A DNA stretch of 64,000 bases, from IMG/VR virus record IMGVR_UViG_3300028800_000003, positions 1 through 64,000 of that record, one strand, 5' to 3'. Shown one piece after another: positions 18,843 to 29,108 of the stretch. The stretch's first letter is position 1, and each line of letters begins with the position of its first letter. The DNA is from a virus. Below the pieces are notes generated by a model. The model was not told where the DNA came from, ran no database searches, and was given only the letters and a program-made list of their open reading frames with translations. The position numbers and the translations under genes are program-made.

Positions 18843-19073
18843 ATGAGAGTTATGGAATCCCTATTCGGATGTCGCGCGCCGAAGCGCGACACGAAGGAAC
18901 AACTATTCAGGCCGCTCACCTGGAGACGCAGCACCTATAACAGTGTGCTTGCCGTGTTGGGCTGCGTCATCGTCACCGACAGCATCATTCAGGCATTCGG
19001 CCTGATGCTGATCGTCGAGTCGCTGCTGGTGACAATCGAGGGCTGCTGGCCGGAAGGCGCAGACGCGTCATGA
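18843..19073 (+). CDS. Small membrane protein
   Basis: Hydrophobic C-terminal half. Confidence 0.55.
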   Translation: MRVMESLFGCRAPKRDTKEQLFRPLTWRRSTYNSVLAVLGCVIVTDSIIQAFGLMLIVESLLVTIEGCWPEGADAS

Positions 19074-19300
19074 AATCAAAAGCCAGACGAATGTATGCGG
19101 TCTCATGCGACGATGTCGGCCTGATCGGCGGCACCCTCGGCTACAACCGCAAGGAAGCTATCTCGCACTTTTTCGGTGGCGGCGTGCTGCCGGGCGAATG
19201 GGAGAAACACAAGAGACAAGGCTATCGCACCGTCTGCGCGCTGGTCGAGGTCGAGCACCCGCGCCTCGGTCGATACCGAACAACGAAGAAACGACGATAA
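19070..19300 (+). CDS. Hypothetical protein
   Basis: ATGA-coupled. Confidence 0.55.
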   Translation: MKSKARRMYAVSCDDVGLIGGTLGYNRKEAISHFFGGGVLPGEWEKHKRQGYRTVCALVEVEHPRLGRYRTTKKRR

Positions 19301-19315
19301 GAAAGGAAAACCCAA

Positions 19316-19768
19316 ATGCCGAAATTCACATTCGATGCGCAGCTAACGGCTGCCTTCACGATCGACGCGCCGACGCGCGAACAAGCTGAACAGATTCTGA
19401 CGACGACGCTCAATTGCGCCAACGTCAATTGCGGCGCGTTGCCAGACGGCGATCCACTCCTGGGCGAAGCAACATTGAACGAGCCCGAAAGGAATCTGCG
19501 ACTCGCCATGATCGACGGCGAGGATTTTGAGCCGCCACTCGGCGAGGAGATTATCAATTGCGCCATCGATCATGGCGCTGTCTTTCACCAGCCGCGCGAC
19601 TGTCAGTCGTTCTGGCATGTCTATGACGACAACGAAGAAATGTGGCGCGTCGATGCCAGCGACCGCTGTCGGACCAAAGCGCAAGCCGCCCTGATCTATT
19701 GTCAGAACGAGGGCTGCGACGACCTCGACTGGCCGGATGATGCCTTCGATCAATTGGAGGCGCAGTGA
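19316..19768 (+). CDS. Hypothetical protein
   Basis: GAAAGGA RBS. Confidence 0.7.
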   Translation: MPKFTFDAQLTAAFTIDAPTREQAEQILTTTLNCANVNCGALPDGDPLLGEATLNEPERNLRLAMIDGEDFEPPLGEEIINCAIDHGAVFHQPRDCQSFWHVYDDNEEMWRVDASDRCRTKAQAALIYCQNEGCDDLDWPDDAFDQLEAQ

Positions 19769-19813
19769 CAGCATATAGAACGCTTGTTCGAGCAACAGAC
19801 AGAGCAACAGACA

Positions 19814-20194
19814 ATGACTGAACTCTTAACGGCGGCTAAGAGCGCCCGCTTGATGCTCTATGCATGGAAAGCGTCACGACAAGACGCTGGATTGCCAGAC
19901 AATCATAGGGAACTGAACGAAACAATAGCTGACCTAGAACGCGCTATTGCAGCAGCAAATGAGGAACGCACAATGACCTCCGTTTCCGACGCAATGCTGC
20001 AACTACGAATCGAGGAACTGGAACGTGCTGGCTGCATGGTCGAACGCCAGCTTCGTAAGTTCCTGGCAGGAGCACTGTGCGCACAATGTGGCGAACCGCT
20101 CGGCGAAGATGGCGAGATCGTCATGGATGATGACGACCGCACCGTCCACAAGAACTGCTTGCCACAAGACGGCGAGGACCATGATGCGCTTTAG
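19814..20194 (+). CDS. Hypothetical protein with a C-terminal CxxC...HxxC Zn-finger-like motif
   Basis: CAQCGEP...VHKNC; start uncertain. Confidence 0.5.
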   Translation: MTELLTAAKSARLMLYAWKASRQDAGLPDNHRELNETIADLERAIAAANEERTMTSVSDAMLQLRIEELERAGCMVERQLRKFLAGALCAQCGEPLGEDGEIVMDDDDRTVHKNCLPQDGEDHDAL

Positions 20195-20364
20195 AGGCTT
20201 TCACCTGCAAGTCGTCAACGGCCTACGCCGATCATGGCGGCTTGATTATATCGCTCGCGCTCGCCCGCGTCACAGTCTCTACCCGCCAGCGCCAGTGCGG
20301 TTTTCGTGGGGCGCATTCTACCCCTGGAACAAAAAACCGAAACGAAAGACCCCTATCAGCAACA

Positions 20365-21186
20365 ATGAAAAAACGCGACGTTAAACTCAACACTGACACT
20401 CACCGCGAGGCCTTCAACCAATTCGCTGACGCTTTCCGCAACATCCAGTCGCGCGAACACTGGCGCGATAGCGAGATCATGCGTCACTGGCTTGATGCTG
20501 GATTCCGCGCCATCCGCGGCCGGCTCATGATCGGCAAACCGTTCGAGGAGAACGAAGCCGAATACATGCGCATCGTCAAGAAATGCCAGAAGCCGAAAGA
20601 GACCATGCACGATCTGTCGGTCATGCTCGGCTGCGCTGCGATGGCACTCGACAAGGAACCGATCGACTTTATTGGTCCGGTGTTCGAGGCCCTGGTAGCA
20701 TCGTCCGAGCTGGGCCAGTTTTTCACGCCGAGCACGCTATCGCGTATGATGGCGGAAATGACGATCGGCAGCGCCGACGATCTGAAAGCGATGATCGGCG
20801 ATAAGGGCTACATCAGCCTGAACGAACCGGCCTGCGGCGTCGGCGGCATGATCCTCGCTGCCAATCAGGTCTTACGGGAGCGTGGCGTCGACGTGCCGCG
20901 CCAGTCGCACTGGGTTGCCGTTGATGTCGATTTCACCGCCATGTGTGGCGCGTACATTCAATGCGCGCTGACAGACGCGTCCGCCGTCATCATTCATGGT
21001 AACTCGCTGTCGCTTCAAGAGTGGGTGACGACCGCTACGCCGGCTGCGCTGCTGTACCCGAAGAAACAACAAATGACGCCAGTCGGGTCACCGCCAGTCG
21101 CGCCGGAGACGAACGCGTCCGAGCCGGCAGTGTCCACGCCAGAGCCTGCAACAGACAAGCGCGGTCAATTCTCTTTCACTTTTTAA
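20365..21186 (+). CDS. N-6 DNA methyltransferase-like protein lacking the catalytic NPPF motif
   Basis: LGQFFTP, EPACGVGGM (SAM-binding motif I) and HGNSL are present; no NPPY/F follows. Confidence 0.8.
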   Translation: MKKRDVKLNTDTHREAFNQFADAFRNIQSREHWRDSEIMRHWLDAGFRAIRGRLMIGKPFEENEAEYMRIVKKCQKPKETMHDLSVMLGCAAMALDKEPIDFIGPVFEALVASSELGQFFTPSTLSRMMAEMTIGSADDLKAMIGDKGYISLNEPACGVGGMILAANQVLRERGVDVPRQSHWVAVDVDFTAMCGAYIQCALTDASAVIIHGNSLSLQEWVTTATPAALLYPKKQQMTPVGSPPVAPETNASEPAVSTPEPATDKRGQFSFTF

Positions 21187-21198
21187 CCGCGTTCAACC

Positions 21199-21227
21199 TT
21201 GAACTTACCCGCATCCGTTCACATATA
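21199..21227 (+). promoter_or_regulatory. Promoter flanked by TAACCGC/TACCCGC motifs
   Basis: TTGAAC-N17-CATATA. Confidence 0.6.
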
Positions 21228-21269
21228 ACCCGTATCAGACAAATCAATCCGAAAAGGACCCAACGAACA

Positions 21270-21656
21270 ATGACAATGCCGACCCGTGAAGACACACAAA
21301 TCGCCGTCGACCTCGGTCGCAAGTTGCGCGACGACATCAATGACGCCTTCCTGCGCACCGCCGAATTGGCGCCGGGCATACTGCCATCGCTGGCGCACAG
21401 CGCATCTGCAACAGGGACTGCCATTCTCGCCAGAGTGCTCGACCTCGGAAACGAGAACGTTCAGGACGAAAATAGCCCGACCAAGGCAGCATTCGTGCTG
21501 GCATCGCTGATGCTGGTTCACTACGGGCTCGGCGCCGAAAGCGATCCGCTCACGCCGGCAATCGAAGACCTGAAAAAGTATATGCCGGATGCGAAATTCA
21601 ATCGCGAGAGATTCGGTGTTGCTTCCGCCACTGAAATCCTCGCCACCCATCACTAA
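21270..21656 (+). CDS. Hypothetical protein
   Basis: AAGGA RBS after the promoter. Confidence 0.65.
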   Translation: MTMPTREDTQIAVDLGRKLRDDINDAFLRTAELAPGILPSLAHSASATGTAILARVLDLGNENVQDENSPTKAAFVLASLMLVHYGLGAESDPLTPAIEDLKKYMPDAKFNRERFGVASATEILATHH

Positions 21657-21793
21657 GGAAATTCCTGTGATGACCAAATATCTGGCCGCATGGGTCATCG
21701 CAACCGGACTTGCGGTGCTGATTGCCCCCTATCTCTACGCCGCAGCCGATCTGATCGGCCGGTGAACCCCTCAAAACGAAGAAAGGAAAATCA

Positions 21794-22396
21794 ATGTCAC
21801 AGACAGAAGATCAGACACACGAAGCCATCGTCGCCGAACTTGCCAAACAACATCCAAAGCTGCCCGAGCTGGTCGATCATTTCCAGCAAGAGCAGCGGCG
21901 AATCGTTCTCGACTATGTCGGCGCCTGCGAGAGTGCCGGAGTCGACAAGTTTGCGCTGTCATCGGGATTGCTCACTGCCATCATGAGCACTGCCGCTGGC
22001 ATGATGGGAGACACCACCATTACGCCAGAGACTGCTGGCGATATGTTCAAGCGTGCGGTTGCCAAGGCGAAAGGCATCAATGATGTCCCGGCTGTCGGCA
22101 CCGCAACAATGGAGACGCTGTCAAATGAATTCTGCGGACGACTCCAGTCGGCTATGAGAGAATTCAAGACTGGCGCCAGAGCCGCGGGCATCTCGTTTGA
22201 CGAGGTCATGATTTCCGTCGGCGCCACTTTGATGGCTGCCGCTTGTCGCTTCCTCGCTCATTTCACGACGATGACGCCGGAGAATGCTTCCGCCAAGATG
22301 GTGGAGATGATCACGATGATGCGCAGCGACAATCCCAATGCTGCCAATCAGAAAAAAGACGGCCCGATGTTTGTGATGGAGCCCGCGTCTGCATGA
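21794..22396 (+). CDS. Hypothetical protein with an apparent internal duplication of a helical domain
   Basis: GAAAGGA RBS; the two halves end in TITPETAGDMF and TMTPENASAKM. Confidence 0.7.
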   Translation: MSQTEDQTHEAIVAELAKQHPKLPELVDHFQQEQRRIVLDYVGACESAGVDKFALSSGLLTAIMSTAAGMMGDTTITPETAGDMFKRAVAKAKGINDVPAVGTATMETLSNEFCGRLQSAMREFKTGARAAGISFDEVMISVGATLMAAACRFLAHFTTMTPENASAKMVEMITMMRSDNPNAANQKKDGPMFVMEPASA

Positions 22397-22587
22397 AGCC
22401 AGGAACGCCAGTCACATATCGGCCGCGCTATCTTGACTTTGACGTAAGCGCCGTCGTGCGTCGCCAACATCGCGACGGCACCGTCACTGTCGAAGCGCGG
22501 CACGTTCTCGACGAACACGGCAAGCCCGATAGCGGATACCTCGGCTATCGATACCGAACACCAAGGGAGACGTTGAAACAGCAATGA
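22393..22587 (+). CDS. Hypothetical protein
   Basis: ATGA-coupled, starts MKPGTPVTY. Confidence 0.55.
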   Translation: MKPGTPVTYRPRYLDFDVSAVVRRQHRDGTVTVEARHVLDEHGKPDSGYLGYRYRTPRETLKQQ

Positions 22588-22788
22588 CCGACACGACTGG
22601 ATTCATGACACTGGAACAAGCCACGACAGGCAGATGCAATTCCTGCCCGGCGAGATTGTCACCGTGACGCATATCGACACGTTTGCGCCACCGCAGAATT
22701 TCGCCATCACCATCGTCGCTGAAAACGGCGTCGTCAACGTGTTCGACGAGTCTGACTTTGGCGGACTCTATCCGTTCGAGAGGGTCGC

Positions 22789-23271
22789 GTGAGACAGAAA
22801 AAGAAAGTCACCGTCACTCGCGGCTGTCTCACCGGCGAAGGTGCAACCAAGACGCTGGCCAAGGCTGACCTGGAGCAACAGATCAACAAGGCCGTCGCCT
22901 TCAACAACCCGCACATTGAGTGCTGGCTTGGTCACGTCATCGTGGTGACGCCAACCGCCAGAGGTTGGGAGACATTCACGATACGCCCCGACCAGATCAA
23001 CAGCGACGCGCAAGCATCGTGCTGCACCTTTGTCGGCTGGGAGGAGGATCGCAACAAGATCGTCGATCGCGCGCGGCTCAACGTCGCCATGTCGTCCTGG
23101 GATCAAAGCGTGGTCGACGATGAATACGTCGAGATGGCGCGCCTGACAAAGGAAGCCAAAAGCGACCTCGCCTCGTGGATCAAATTCCAGCGTCGCTATC
23201 AGGCCGCGAAGATCGCCGGCAAGACCGATGCCGAGGCGTTCGACATCGCCAACGGAAGGGTCGCCGCATGA
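22789..23271 (+). CDS. Hypothetical protein
   Basis: GTG start, coupled. Confidence 0.65.
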   Translation: MRQKKKVTVTRGCLTGEGATKTLAKADLEQQINKAVAFNNPHIECWLGHVIVVTPTARGWETFTIRPDQINSDAQASCCTFVGWEEDRNKIVDRARLNVAMSSWDQSVVDDEYVEMARLTKEAKSDLASWIKFQRRYQAAKIAGKTDAEAFDIANGRVAA

Positions 23272-23465
23272 CCGTCAACGTCGAAAGATATGCGCGACAT
23301 GGAATGTCTGGAAGGCACTACATCAACACAACGACCGGCCAGGAGTATTGGATACTCAATGGCGTCGCCAAGTTGATCGGCGGTCCAAGCTATATACCGC
23401 GCAAAGGCACCGCGCTCGCCTGCCTGGAAACCGTCAAATCTTTCAAGTCAGAAGGAAAGCAATGA
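23268..23465 (+). CDS. Hypothetical protein
   Basis: ATGA-coupled. Confidence 0.5.
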   Translation: MTVNVERYARHGMSGRHYINTTTGQEYWILNGVAKLIGGPSYIPRKGTALACLETVKSFKSEGKQ

Positions 23466-23758
23466 AAAAGAAAAATCATCACCGCGCCCGGCCGATGCCG
23501 GCCGAAGCGCTGCGGGAGTGGCGCGAGAAAATGCAGCTCACGCAGACCAACGCCGCGGCTCTGCTCGGCATGTCCAAGGTCGCACTAAGCCGCGCCGAGC
23601 ACAATGGCGCCCCGCTCTACATCGCCTATGCCTGCGCAGCGCTCGCCGACGGATCGAAGCCGTGGGGCATCAGAAAGGATGCGTTGCATCAATATCGGAG
23701 CGAACGCAAGATCGATGGCCGTCACGTTGAACTGAAAGCGCTGGAGGCAGCGGCATGA
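23462..23758 (+). CDS. XRE-type HTH protein
   Basis: LREWREKMQLTQTNAAALLGMSKVAL...PLYIAYACAAL. Confidence 0.8.
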   Translation: MKKKNHHRARPMPAEALREWREKMQLTQTNAAALLGMSKVALSRAEHNGAPLYIAYACAALADGSKPWGIRKDALHQYRSERKIDGRHVELKALEAAA

Positions 23759-23925
23759 ACTGGAAACTCGGCGATACCGTTCTCGATAAGGAACACAACG
23801 TCACCGGCACGATTGTCGGACTCCATAAGACATACGCCTGGATGCCAACATGACTGACTTTGAACGTGGCTTTATTTGGGGCTGCACATTGACCGGGGTG
23901 GCGATGATTATGCTGTATTGCCTCA

Positions 23926-24279
23926 ATGTTTGACCTGAAACGTCCATGCGTTAACTGTCCGTTCCGCAAAGGCCAGGGCGAGCGCTTCCGGCTTCCCAGG
24001 CTGCGCCTGCGCGAAATCAAGCGCGGGCCAGCCTTCCAGTGCCACAAGACCGTCGACTACAGCGACGGCGACTCCGATGGCCAGCCAGGGGATCGGCCGC
24101 AGCAGTGCGCCGGCCTGATGGCCGTGCTGCATCGTGAGAACGAGCACAATCAGATCATGCAGGTCGCGGAACGGATCGGCGGCATCACCTTCGACAATAT
24201 AGACCCAGATCAGGAAGCCTACGCCTCTTGGAATGACGTGTTATGCGCTCATGGCGCGATCGATGATGATGCAGATTAG
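23926..24279 (+). CDS. Cys-rich conserved phage protein (PC.NCPFRK...FQCHKT...QCAG)
   Basis: Conserved Cys/His pattern. Confidence 0.7.
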   Translation: MFDLKRPCVNCPFRKGQGERFRLPRLRLREIKRGPAFQCHKTVDYSDGDSDGQPGDRPQQCAGLMAVLHRENEHNQIMQVAERIGGITFDNIDPDQEAYASWNDVLCAHGAIDDDAD

Positions 24280-24371
24280 GGGTTGTACCTGATCGAATTT
24301 TGGCGTATATGAGGCGTCTACCTCGTACCCGGATGCTTTTGCTCCGTGTGAGAGATAGGGGTTAACTTTAA

Positions 24372-24406
24372 GCGCGGCGGCCTTCCGGCTCGCCGCGTCT
24401 TTTTTT
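24372..24406 (+). terminator. Rho-independent terminator at the convergence of the early and replication operons
   Basis: GC-rich hairpin CGCGGCGG..TCGCCGCG followed by a T run. Confidence 0.65.
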
Positions 24407-25013
24407 ACGCCGCCACCAGGACCCGGCGCCGCGCGGTCTGTTTCGGCATCATGAATTTTACCTTAGTCCAGATCACCTCGCATTGCAGACCCTTGCGATC
24501 GAGGACACGGCGCTTGGACAGATGCAGAGCCCGTGCCACACGCTGCGCCGAGCGCCCTTGCCCGAGCATATAGATCAGCTTCCAATCGCGCACCTTGATC
24601 GCCTCCGTCCTGCCTACCAGACACTCCTTGAATACCCGCGTGATGGTATCCATCAGCTTTTGTTCCTCCGGCGTCGCGTCGCGGCGAATACCGTACACGA
24701 CATCGGCAGGCTCGCCGGCTGCGATCTCCGCGGCGCGCTGCTTTTCTATTTCGTACAGCATCTCCTCGATTGTCTTGTAGCCCCAGGCGGCGAGGTCTTG
24801 CTGTGTCACGCCGTGAGCCATGTTGGCCAGTGGAGAACTGTTCGGCGCGATCGGAAAACCGCGCACCCGCATCCGACGTTCGATGTCGGCAGCGTTTTTG
24901 ATGACTTCGAAGACGATTTCCCCGCCGGTCACCTTGCGATTTTTCCAGAGCGCGTATCGGGCACTGGCCAAAGCCTGCCCGATCGCCTGCTGATCATCTT
25001 CATTCCAGGTCAT
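24405..25013 (-). CDS. Putative late transcription regulator with a C-terminal HTH
   Basis: GRSAQRVARALHLSKRRV HTH; last gene of the replication operon, where Q-like regulators usually sit. Confidence 0.55.
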   Translation of the reverse strand: MTWNEDDQQAIGQALASARYALWKNRKVTGGEIVFEVIKNAADIERRMRVRGFPIAPNSSPLANMAHGVTQQDLAAWGYKTIEEMLYEIEKQRAAEIAAGEPADVVYGIRRDATPEEQKLMDTITRVFKECLVGRTEAIKVRDWKLIYMLGQGRSAQRVARALHLSKRRVLDRKGLQCEVIWTKVKFMMPKQTARRRVLVAA

Positions 25014-25023
25014 TGCCAAAACC

Positions 25024-25509
25024 TCAGAACGGAATTTCGTCGTCGATCGGCGGCGCCGATTGGCGCTGCTGCCGGGCTTGCGCGCTCGGGCCAGGCGAAC
25101 CAAAATCATCGCCGCCAGATTGTTGCTCCTGGTCGCCACCGTTGCTGTTGCTGTTGCTGTTGTTGCCAATCAGCGTGATGGAGCCGTCGTAGGCCTGCAA
25201 CACCACCTCGGTCGAGTAGCGATCCGTGCCGCTCTGATCCTGCCACTTGCGCGTTTGCAGTTTGCCCTCGATGTAGACCTGCGAGCCTTTTTTCAGATAC
25301 CGCTCGACGATCTTGCACAGACCTTCATTGAAGATCACGACGCGGTGCCACTCGACCTTCTCGCGACGCTCACCGCTTTGCTTGTCCTTCCAGGTGTCAG
25401 AGGTAGCGATACGCAGATTGGCGATCGGTCGACCGTCTTGCGTGCGACGAATCTCAGGATCGGCGCCGAGGCGACCGAGCAGAATGACTTTGTTGACCGA
25501 ACCGGCCAT
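25024..25509 (-). CDS. ssb: Single-stranded DNA-binding protein
   Basis: [19 protein letters not shown]...EWHRVV; C-terminal DDEIPF. Confidence 0.97.
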   Translation of the reverse strand: MAGSVNKVILLGRLGADPEIRRTQDGRPIANLRIATSDTWKDKQSGERREKVEWHRVVIFNEGLCKIVERYLKKGSQVYIEGKLQTRKWQDQSGTDRYSTEVVLQAYDGSITLIGNNSNSNSNGGDQEQQSGGDDFGSPGPSAQARQQRQSAPPIDDEIPF

Positions 25510-25535
25510 GGTGTTTGCTCCGTTGTGTGTAGGGG

Positions 25536-27101
25536 TTATGCCGCTTGTTTTTCACGCTGGGCGTCGGTGCGGCGTTTCGACTTTGCCCATGCAATGTTTC
25601 GTGACGTAATCCAGGATGAAGTTTCTACGCTGATCTGATCCGCAGGCGCAACATTTTTTGTCACTGGCCACACACCGAATTTCTCGCGGTATTTGTTCAG
25701 CGCCCAGCCTTCCTTGTAGCCCTTGTCGAGCGCGTATCGTTTCAATTCACCGAGGACGACATTCTTTTCCTCCAGCGTATATGTGCGTCCGTCTTTCTTC
25801 GCCTGTTTCAGCTCCTCCAGCTTGCCGGACTTGACCTCGACGCCTTCGAGTGGGCCAATGCGTTCGGCAACGAAGCCGCAGGCCGGACACTTTGCCATTC
25901 TGGCACGTTTAAGGAACCCGCACTGCGGGCACTCCTTCGGCAGCCGGACCTGAATGTCTTCGCTCGCGGTCTCCTTGGTCTTGCCATCGTTCAACTTATT
26001 GTGGCTGGCATCGATGTCGGTGACGAAGCCGAGACGCAAGTGATTGTCGCTGTGATCAAGAATCAAGCAATGGTCCTTGCCATCGGCGGTGCGCAGACCG
26101 CGACCGACGATCTGCACGAATAACATTTCCGACTTGGTCGGGCGCGCCAGAACGATGCAGCGGACATCCCAGTCGACGCCAGTGGTAAGCGTACCGACGT
26201 TGACCACTACCTCGATCGAGCGGTCACGAAATCCGTTCTCGATTTGCTGGCGTTCCTCGCGCGGGGTACTGGCGTCCTGATAGGCCGCATTCACGCCTGC
26301 CGCGGTGAATTGTTCCTGCAACAGCTTGGCGTGATCGCAATCTACCGCAAACACCAGCGTCGGCCGCCGCTCTGCCTTCTCTAGCCAGGTCTTGACGATG
26401 TCGGCGACCAAGAACTTGTTGCTCATGCGCGCCGACAGGTCGGACTCGTTGTAGTCTCCGGCCACGATTCGCACGCCGGTTAGATCGGGATGGCTCGGTG
26501 CGAATACCTTGAAATCGGACAGGCGCCCTTTGTCGATCAGTTCTTGCGTCGTGATCGGACGCACGAAGCCTGGGAAAAATGCCCCTAGCCCTTTCGTCCA
26601 TGGCGTCGCCGACAGGCCGATGAACGGCACCTTCTGCCACTCCGGTCGCGTCAACCAATCCTCGTAAAAACGGAACCATTTATGCACCTCGTCGATGATG
26701 ACGAGGTCGGCCTCTGGAACCCGCGGGCGACGCTGCAATGTCTGCACGCTGGCGACCTGTACCGGCCGGCTCCAATCGGTCATTTCGTGATTGGCCTGGA
26801 TCACGCCAACATCGCGAATGCCGTCCTCATAAAAGCGCCGCACTGTCTGATCGACCAGGCTGATCGCCGGAACGGTGAAGATCAGGCGCTTGTTGTTGTC
26901 GAGCACGTTGTTGACCAGTTGCGCCGACAGCACGGTCTTGCCGTAGCCGGTCGGTGCCTGCATGACGACGCGCGGCAGGTTGCGTTGTGCTTCGGCCATA
27001 TTGCCGCGTGCTTCTGCCTCACGCCGGTTCTGATTGAGGCGCGCCAGCTCCCATCGCAAACCGTCAATACCGTTTACCTGATCGTCACGCAGCTCGCGCA
27101 T
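25536..27101 (-). CDS. SF2 DEAD/DEAH helicase
   Basis: [28 protein letters not shown]; C-terminal CPQCG..CPACG Zn ribbon. Confidence 0.93.
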   Translation of the reverse strand: MRELRDDQVNGIDGLRWELARLNQNRREAEARGNMAEAQRNLPRVVMQAPTGYGKTVLSAQLVNNVLDNNKRLIFTVPAISLVDQTVRRFYEDGIRDVGVIQANHEMTDWSRPVQVASVQTLQRRPRVPEADLVIIDEVHKWFRFYEDWLTRPEWQKVPFIGLSATPWTKGLGAFFPGFVRPITTQELIDKGRLSDFKVFAPSHPDLTGVRIVAGDYNESDLSARMSNKFLVADIVKTWLEKAERRPTLVFAVDCDHAKLLQEQFTAAGVNAAYQDASTPREERQQIENGFRDRSIEVVVNVGTLTTGVDWDVRCIVLARPTKSEMLFVQIVGRGLRTADGKDHCLILDHSDNHLRLGFVTDIDASHNKLNDGKTKETASEDIQVRLPKECPQCGFLKRARMAKCPACGFVAERIGPLEGVEVKSGKLEELKQAKKDGRTYTLEEKNVVLGELKRYALDKGYKEGWALNKYREKFGVWPVTKNVAPADQISVETSSWITSRNIAWAKSKRRTDAQREKQAA

Positions 27102-28104
27102 TGACTCCCTCACCTCGCAACATTGTCAGTCCGTGGCAGAACGCGCGCGCTTCGCTACGCATCACCAGCCAAACATCGTTCCAATCGTCTCCAGTATTCG
27201 ACGGAATGCGCACCTCGACAGTGAGGTCTCGCTTTTTCAGGTCGTCTGTCGACAGATGCCGAGCGAGCATGAAAGCTGCGCTCTGGCCGACAAAGTTGGA
27301 GTCGTTATCGCCGAACACGATGACGCGCTTGACGCCGGCCGGTGGCTGCCAAGCCTGCAAGCCGACCTCGTTGATCGCTGGCCACACCGGAATGCGATAG
27401 ATCAGCGACGCCGCACGCGCGGTCTCGATGCCTTCGGCAACGCCAATGGTCTCGGCAACGCCACCCAGGCGCACCGCAGCTCCTTTCGGAAACGGGCCAG
27501 GCATCAGCTTGCGACACGGATCGACGTTCGCCTTGCGGCCGTCTGCGGTCAGGAACGTCCGGTGAATTGTCGTCGGCGTGCCGTTCACGTCGCGCACCAT
27601 GGCGATCATGCCGTGGTGTTCCGACCGCGCGCCGGTGCGAGGGTCCTTGTGATACATCGCCGGCACGTAGCGCAGGTCAGGGTCGATCCAATTCAGACCG
27701 CCCCGCATCTCAAAATAGAGCGCTACAGGATCGTTTTTCTCGACTGGCCGCCCACTCGCCCACAGACGATTGCAAGCGGCCTTGTGGTCGATTTTACGGG
27801 CCGGCTTTTTCGCGGGCGCGTCCTTCGGCAAGTTCCCGATGATCTCGTCGACACGTTTGCACGCTTCGGCAAAATCCCAGCCGCGGAACTTGGCGATCAG
27901 ATTGATGCCCTTGCCGGCGCCGCACTGCCGGCAGATGTAGTCGCCGTCACCATGCCGATCGTCATAGGTGAATCGATCGCGGCCCCCGCACAACGGACAC
28001 GGCTGCGCTTTGCCATTAAGGATCGACAGAGGAAGGTCGAGGGCGGGCAGGATTTCCGCCCAGCGCCCGTGCGAGGCTTCGATGGTGTTGGTGTTACGAG
28101 TCAC
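27085..28104 (-). CDS. Primase with Zn-binding and Toprim domains
   Basis: PCPLCGGRDRF..CRQCGAG; VAEGIETA; GDND; GDDWND. Confidence 0.9.
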   Translation of the reverse strand: MTRNTNTIEASHGRWAEILPALDLPLSILNGKAQPCPLCGGRDRFTYDDRHGDGDYICRQCGAGKGINLIAKFRGWDFAEACKRVDEIIGNLPKDAPAKKPARKIDHKAACNRLWASGRPVEKNDPVALYFEMRGGLNWIDPDLRYVPAMYHKDPRTGARSEHHGMIAMVRDVNGTPTTIHRTFLTADGRKANVDPCRKLMPGPFPKGAAVRLGGVAETIGVAEGIETARAASLIYRIPVWPAINEVGLQAWQPPAGVKRVIVFGDNDSNFVGQSAAFMLARHLSTDDLKKRDLTVEVRIPSNTGDDWNDVWLVMRSEARAFCHGLTMLRGEGVNARAA

Positions 28105-28583
28105 TTAAACACCTCCTCCTCGTCTTGAATCCCCTTCCTTTCCCCTTCCCTTCCCTTCCCTTCCCCTTTACGAGAAAGGGAACGCGTGGTTGACGCGTCG
28201 GCCACGCGTGCGGCACGCGTAGAAATGCTGTCTTCATGGGGTGAAGGCAGCTTGCTTGGCGATTCGCGATTGTTGATGACCTGATGATCATGCCAGGTCG
28301 GGATGAAGCCGTAATCCTCGCCGTCGAACGCGTACTTGACGACAAAGCCACGCGTGGCCAACGCGTCGAGCACGCGTGAAAAATCGATGTCGTCGTATGG
28401 CAGGCAGTAGGTTTTCAATGTGCGCGGCCGCCAACAGAAACGACCTTCGCGATCCACCACGGTGAACAGCGCGATGAAGGCAAGCCGTAGCGGCAAGCCA
28501 GTTTCTTTCTCGGCGTCAAACAGCTTCTCGTGCTTGAACAGGCCGGGTTTTACGGTACGGATGCGGGGCTCTTGCATCGGCAT
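28101..28583 (-). CDS. Phage replication initiator, short form
   Basis: RIRTVKP.LF.HE...DREGRF.WRP..LK; W..HQ.IN; GKGREG repeats. Confidence 0.75.
   Translation of the reverse strand: MPMQEPRIRTVKPGLFKHEKLFDAEKETGLPLRLAFIALFTVVDREGRFCWRPRTLKTYCLPYDDIDFSRVLDALATRGFVVKYAFDGEDYGFIPTWHDHQVINNRESPSKLPSPHEDSISTRAARVADASTTRSLSRKGEGKGREGERKGIQDEEEVFK
28182..28377. repeat. Iteron-like ACGCGT repeats with 11-bp phasing (putative origin)
   Basis: ACGCGT at 28182, 28193, 28204, 28215 and at 28328, 28350, 28361, 28372. Confidence 0.65.
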
Positions 28584-28586
28584 TTA

Positions 28587-29108
28587 TTATGCGCCCTCCT
28601 GCCGCACTCGAATTTCCGCCAGACAGATTTTCTCAAACTCGCGGAACGCGAATTGCGCGCCGCCGCGGCCGCACGCTGACTTGGCAGCACCATTCACGAA
28701 ATCGAAGCCCAACTTTTTTATGAAACGCTGGATCAGTTTCATGTTGACGCTGGCCATGCTGATACCTGGCGCTTGGTCCTTAAACACCAGGACGATGTCA
28801 TCGATCTGGACTTTCAACAGGTCGGCTCTGGCCTTCCGTCTGGTCTCTTGGGCTTGTCTGGCAGAATGCCTCTTGGCGGCTCTGAAAAAATCGTCCACGC
28901 CGACGCCGAAACCGAAACCGGTAAACGCAAACGGATCGACCTCGGTCACATGGACCTTGATGGTCGGTGATTGACCGCCGGTGCGCACCAGTTCGGCGAT
29001 GTCGTGCAGCCCGACCTTTTTCAACATGCGGGCAGCATTCAGCACCTCGCCGTCATGGTCAGACGACAACATCAGGATCAGCTTTGCAGCTCGTTCTCGA
29101 TCGATCAT
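28587..29108 (-). CDS. Hypothetical protein (KLI.ML.SDHDGEV.NAAR motif)
   Basis: Conserved N-terminal motif. Confidence 0.7.
   Translation of the reverse strand: MIDRERAAKLILMLSSDHDGEVLNAARMLKKVGLHDIAELVRTGGQSPTIKVHVTEVDPFAFTGFGFGVGVDDFFRAAKRHSARQAQETRRKARADLLKVQIDDIVLVFKDQAPGISMASVNMKLIQRFIKKLGFDFVNGAAKSACGRGGAQFAFREFEKICLAEIRVRQEGA

Noticed and set aside
25138-25166. (GTTGCT)n microsatellite
   Set aside because: It encodes the Asn/Ser low-complexity linker of SSB, which is ordinary.
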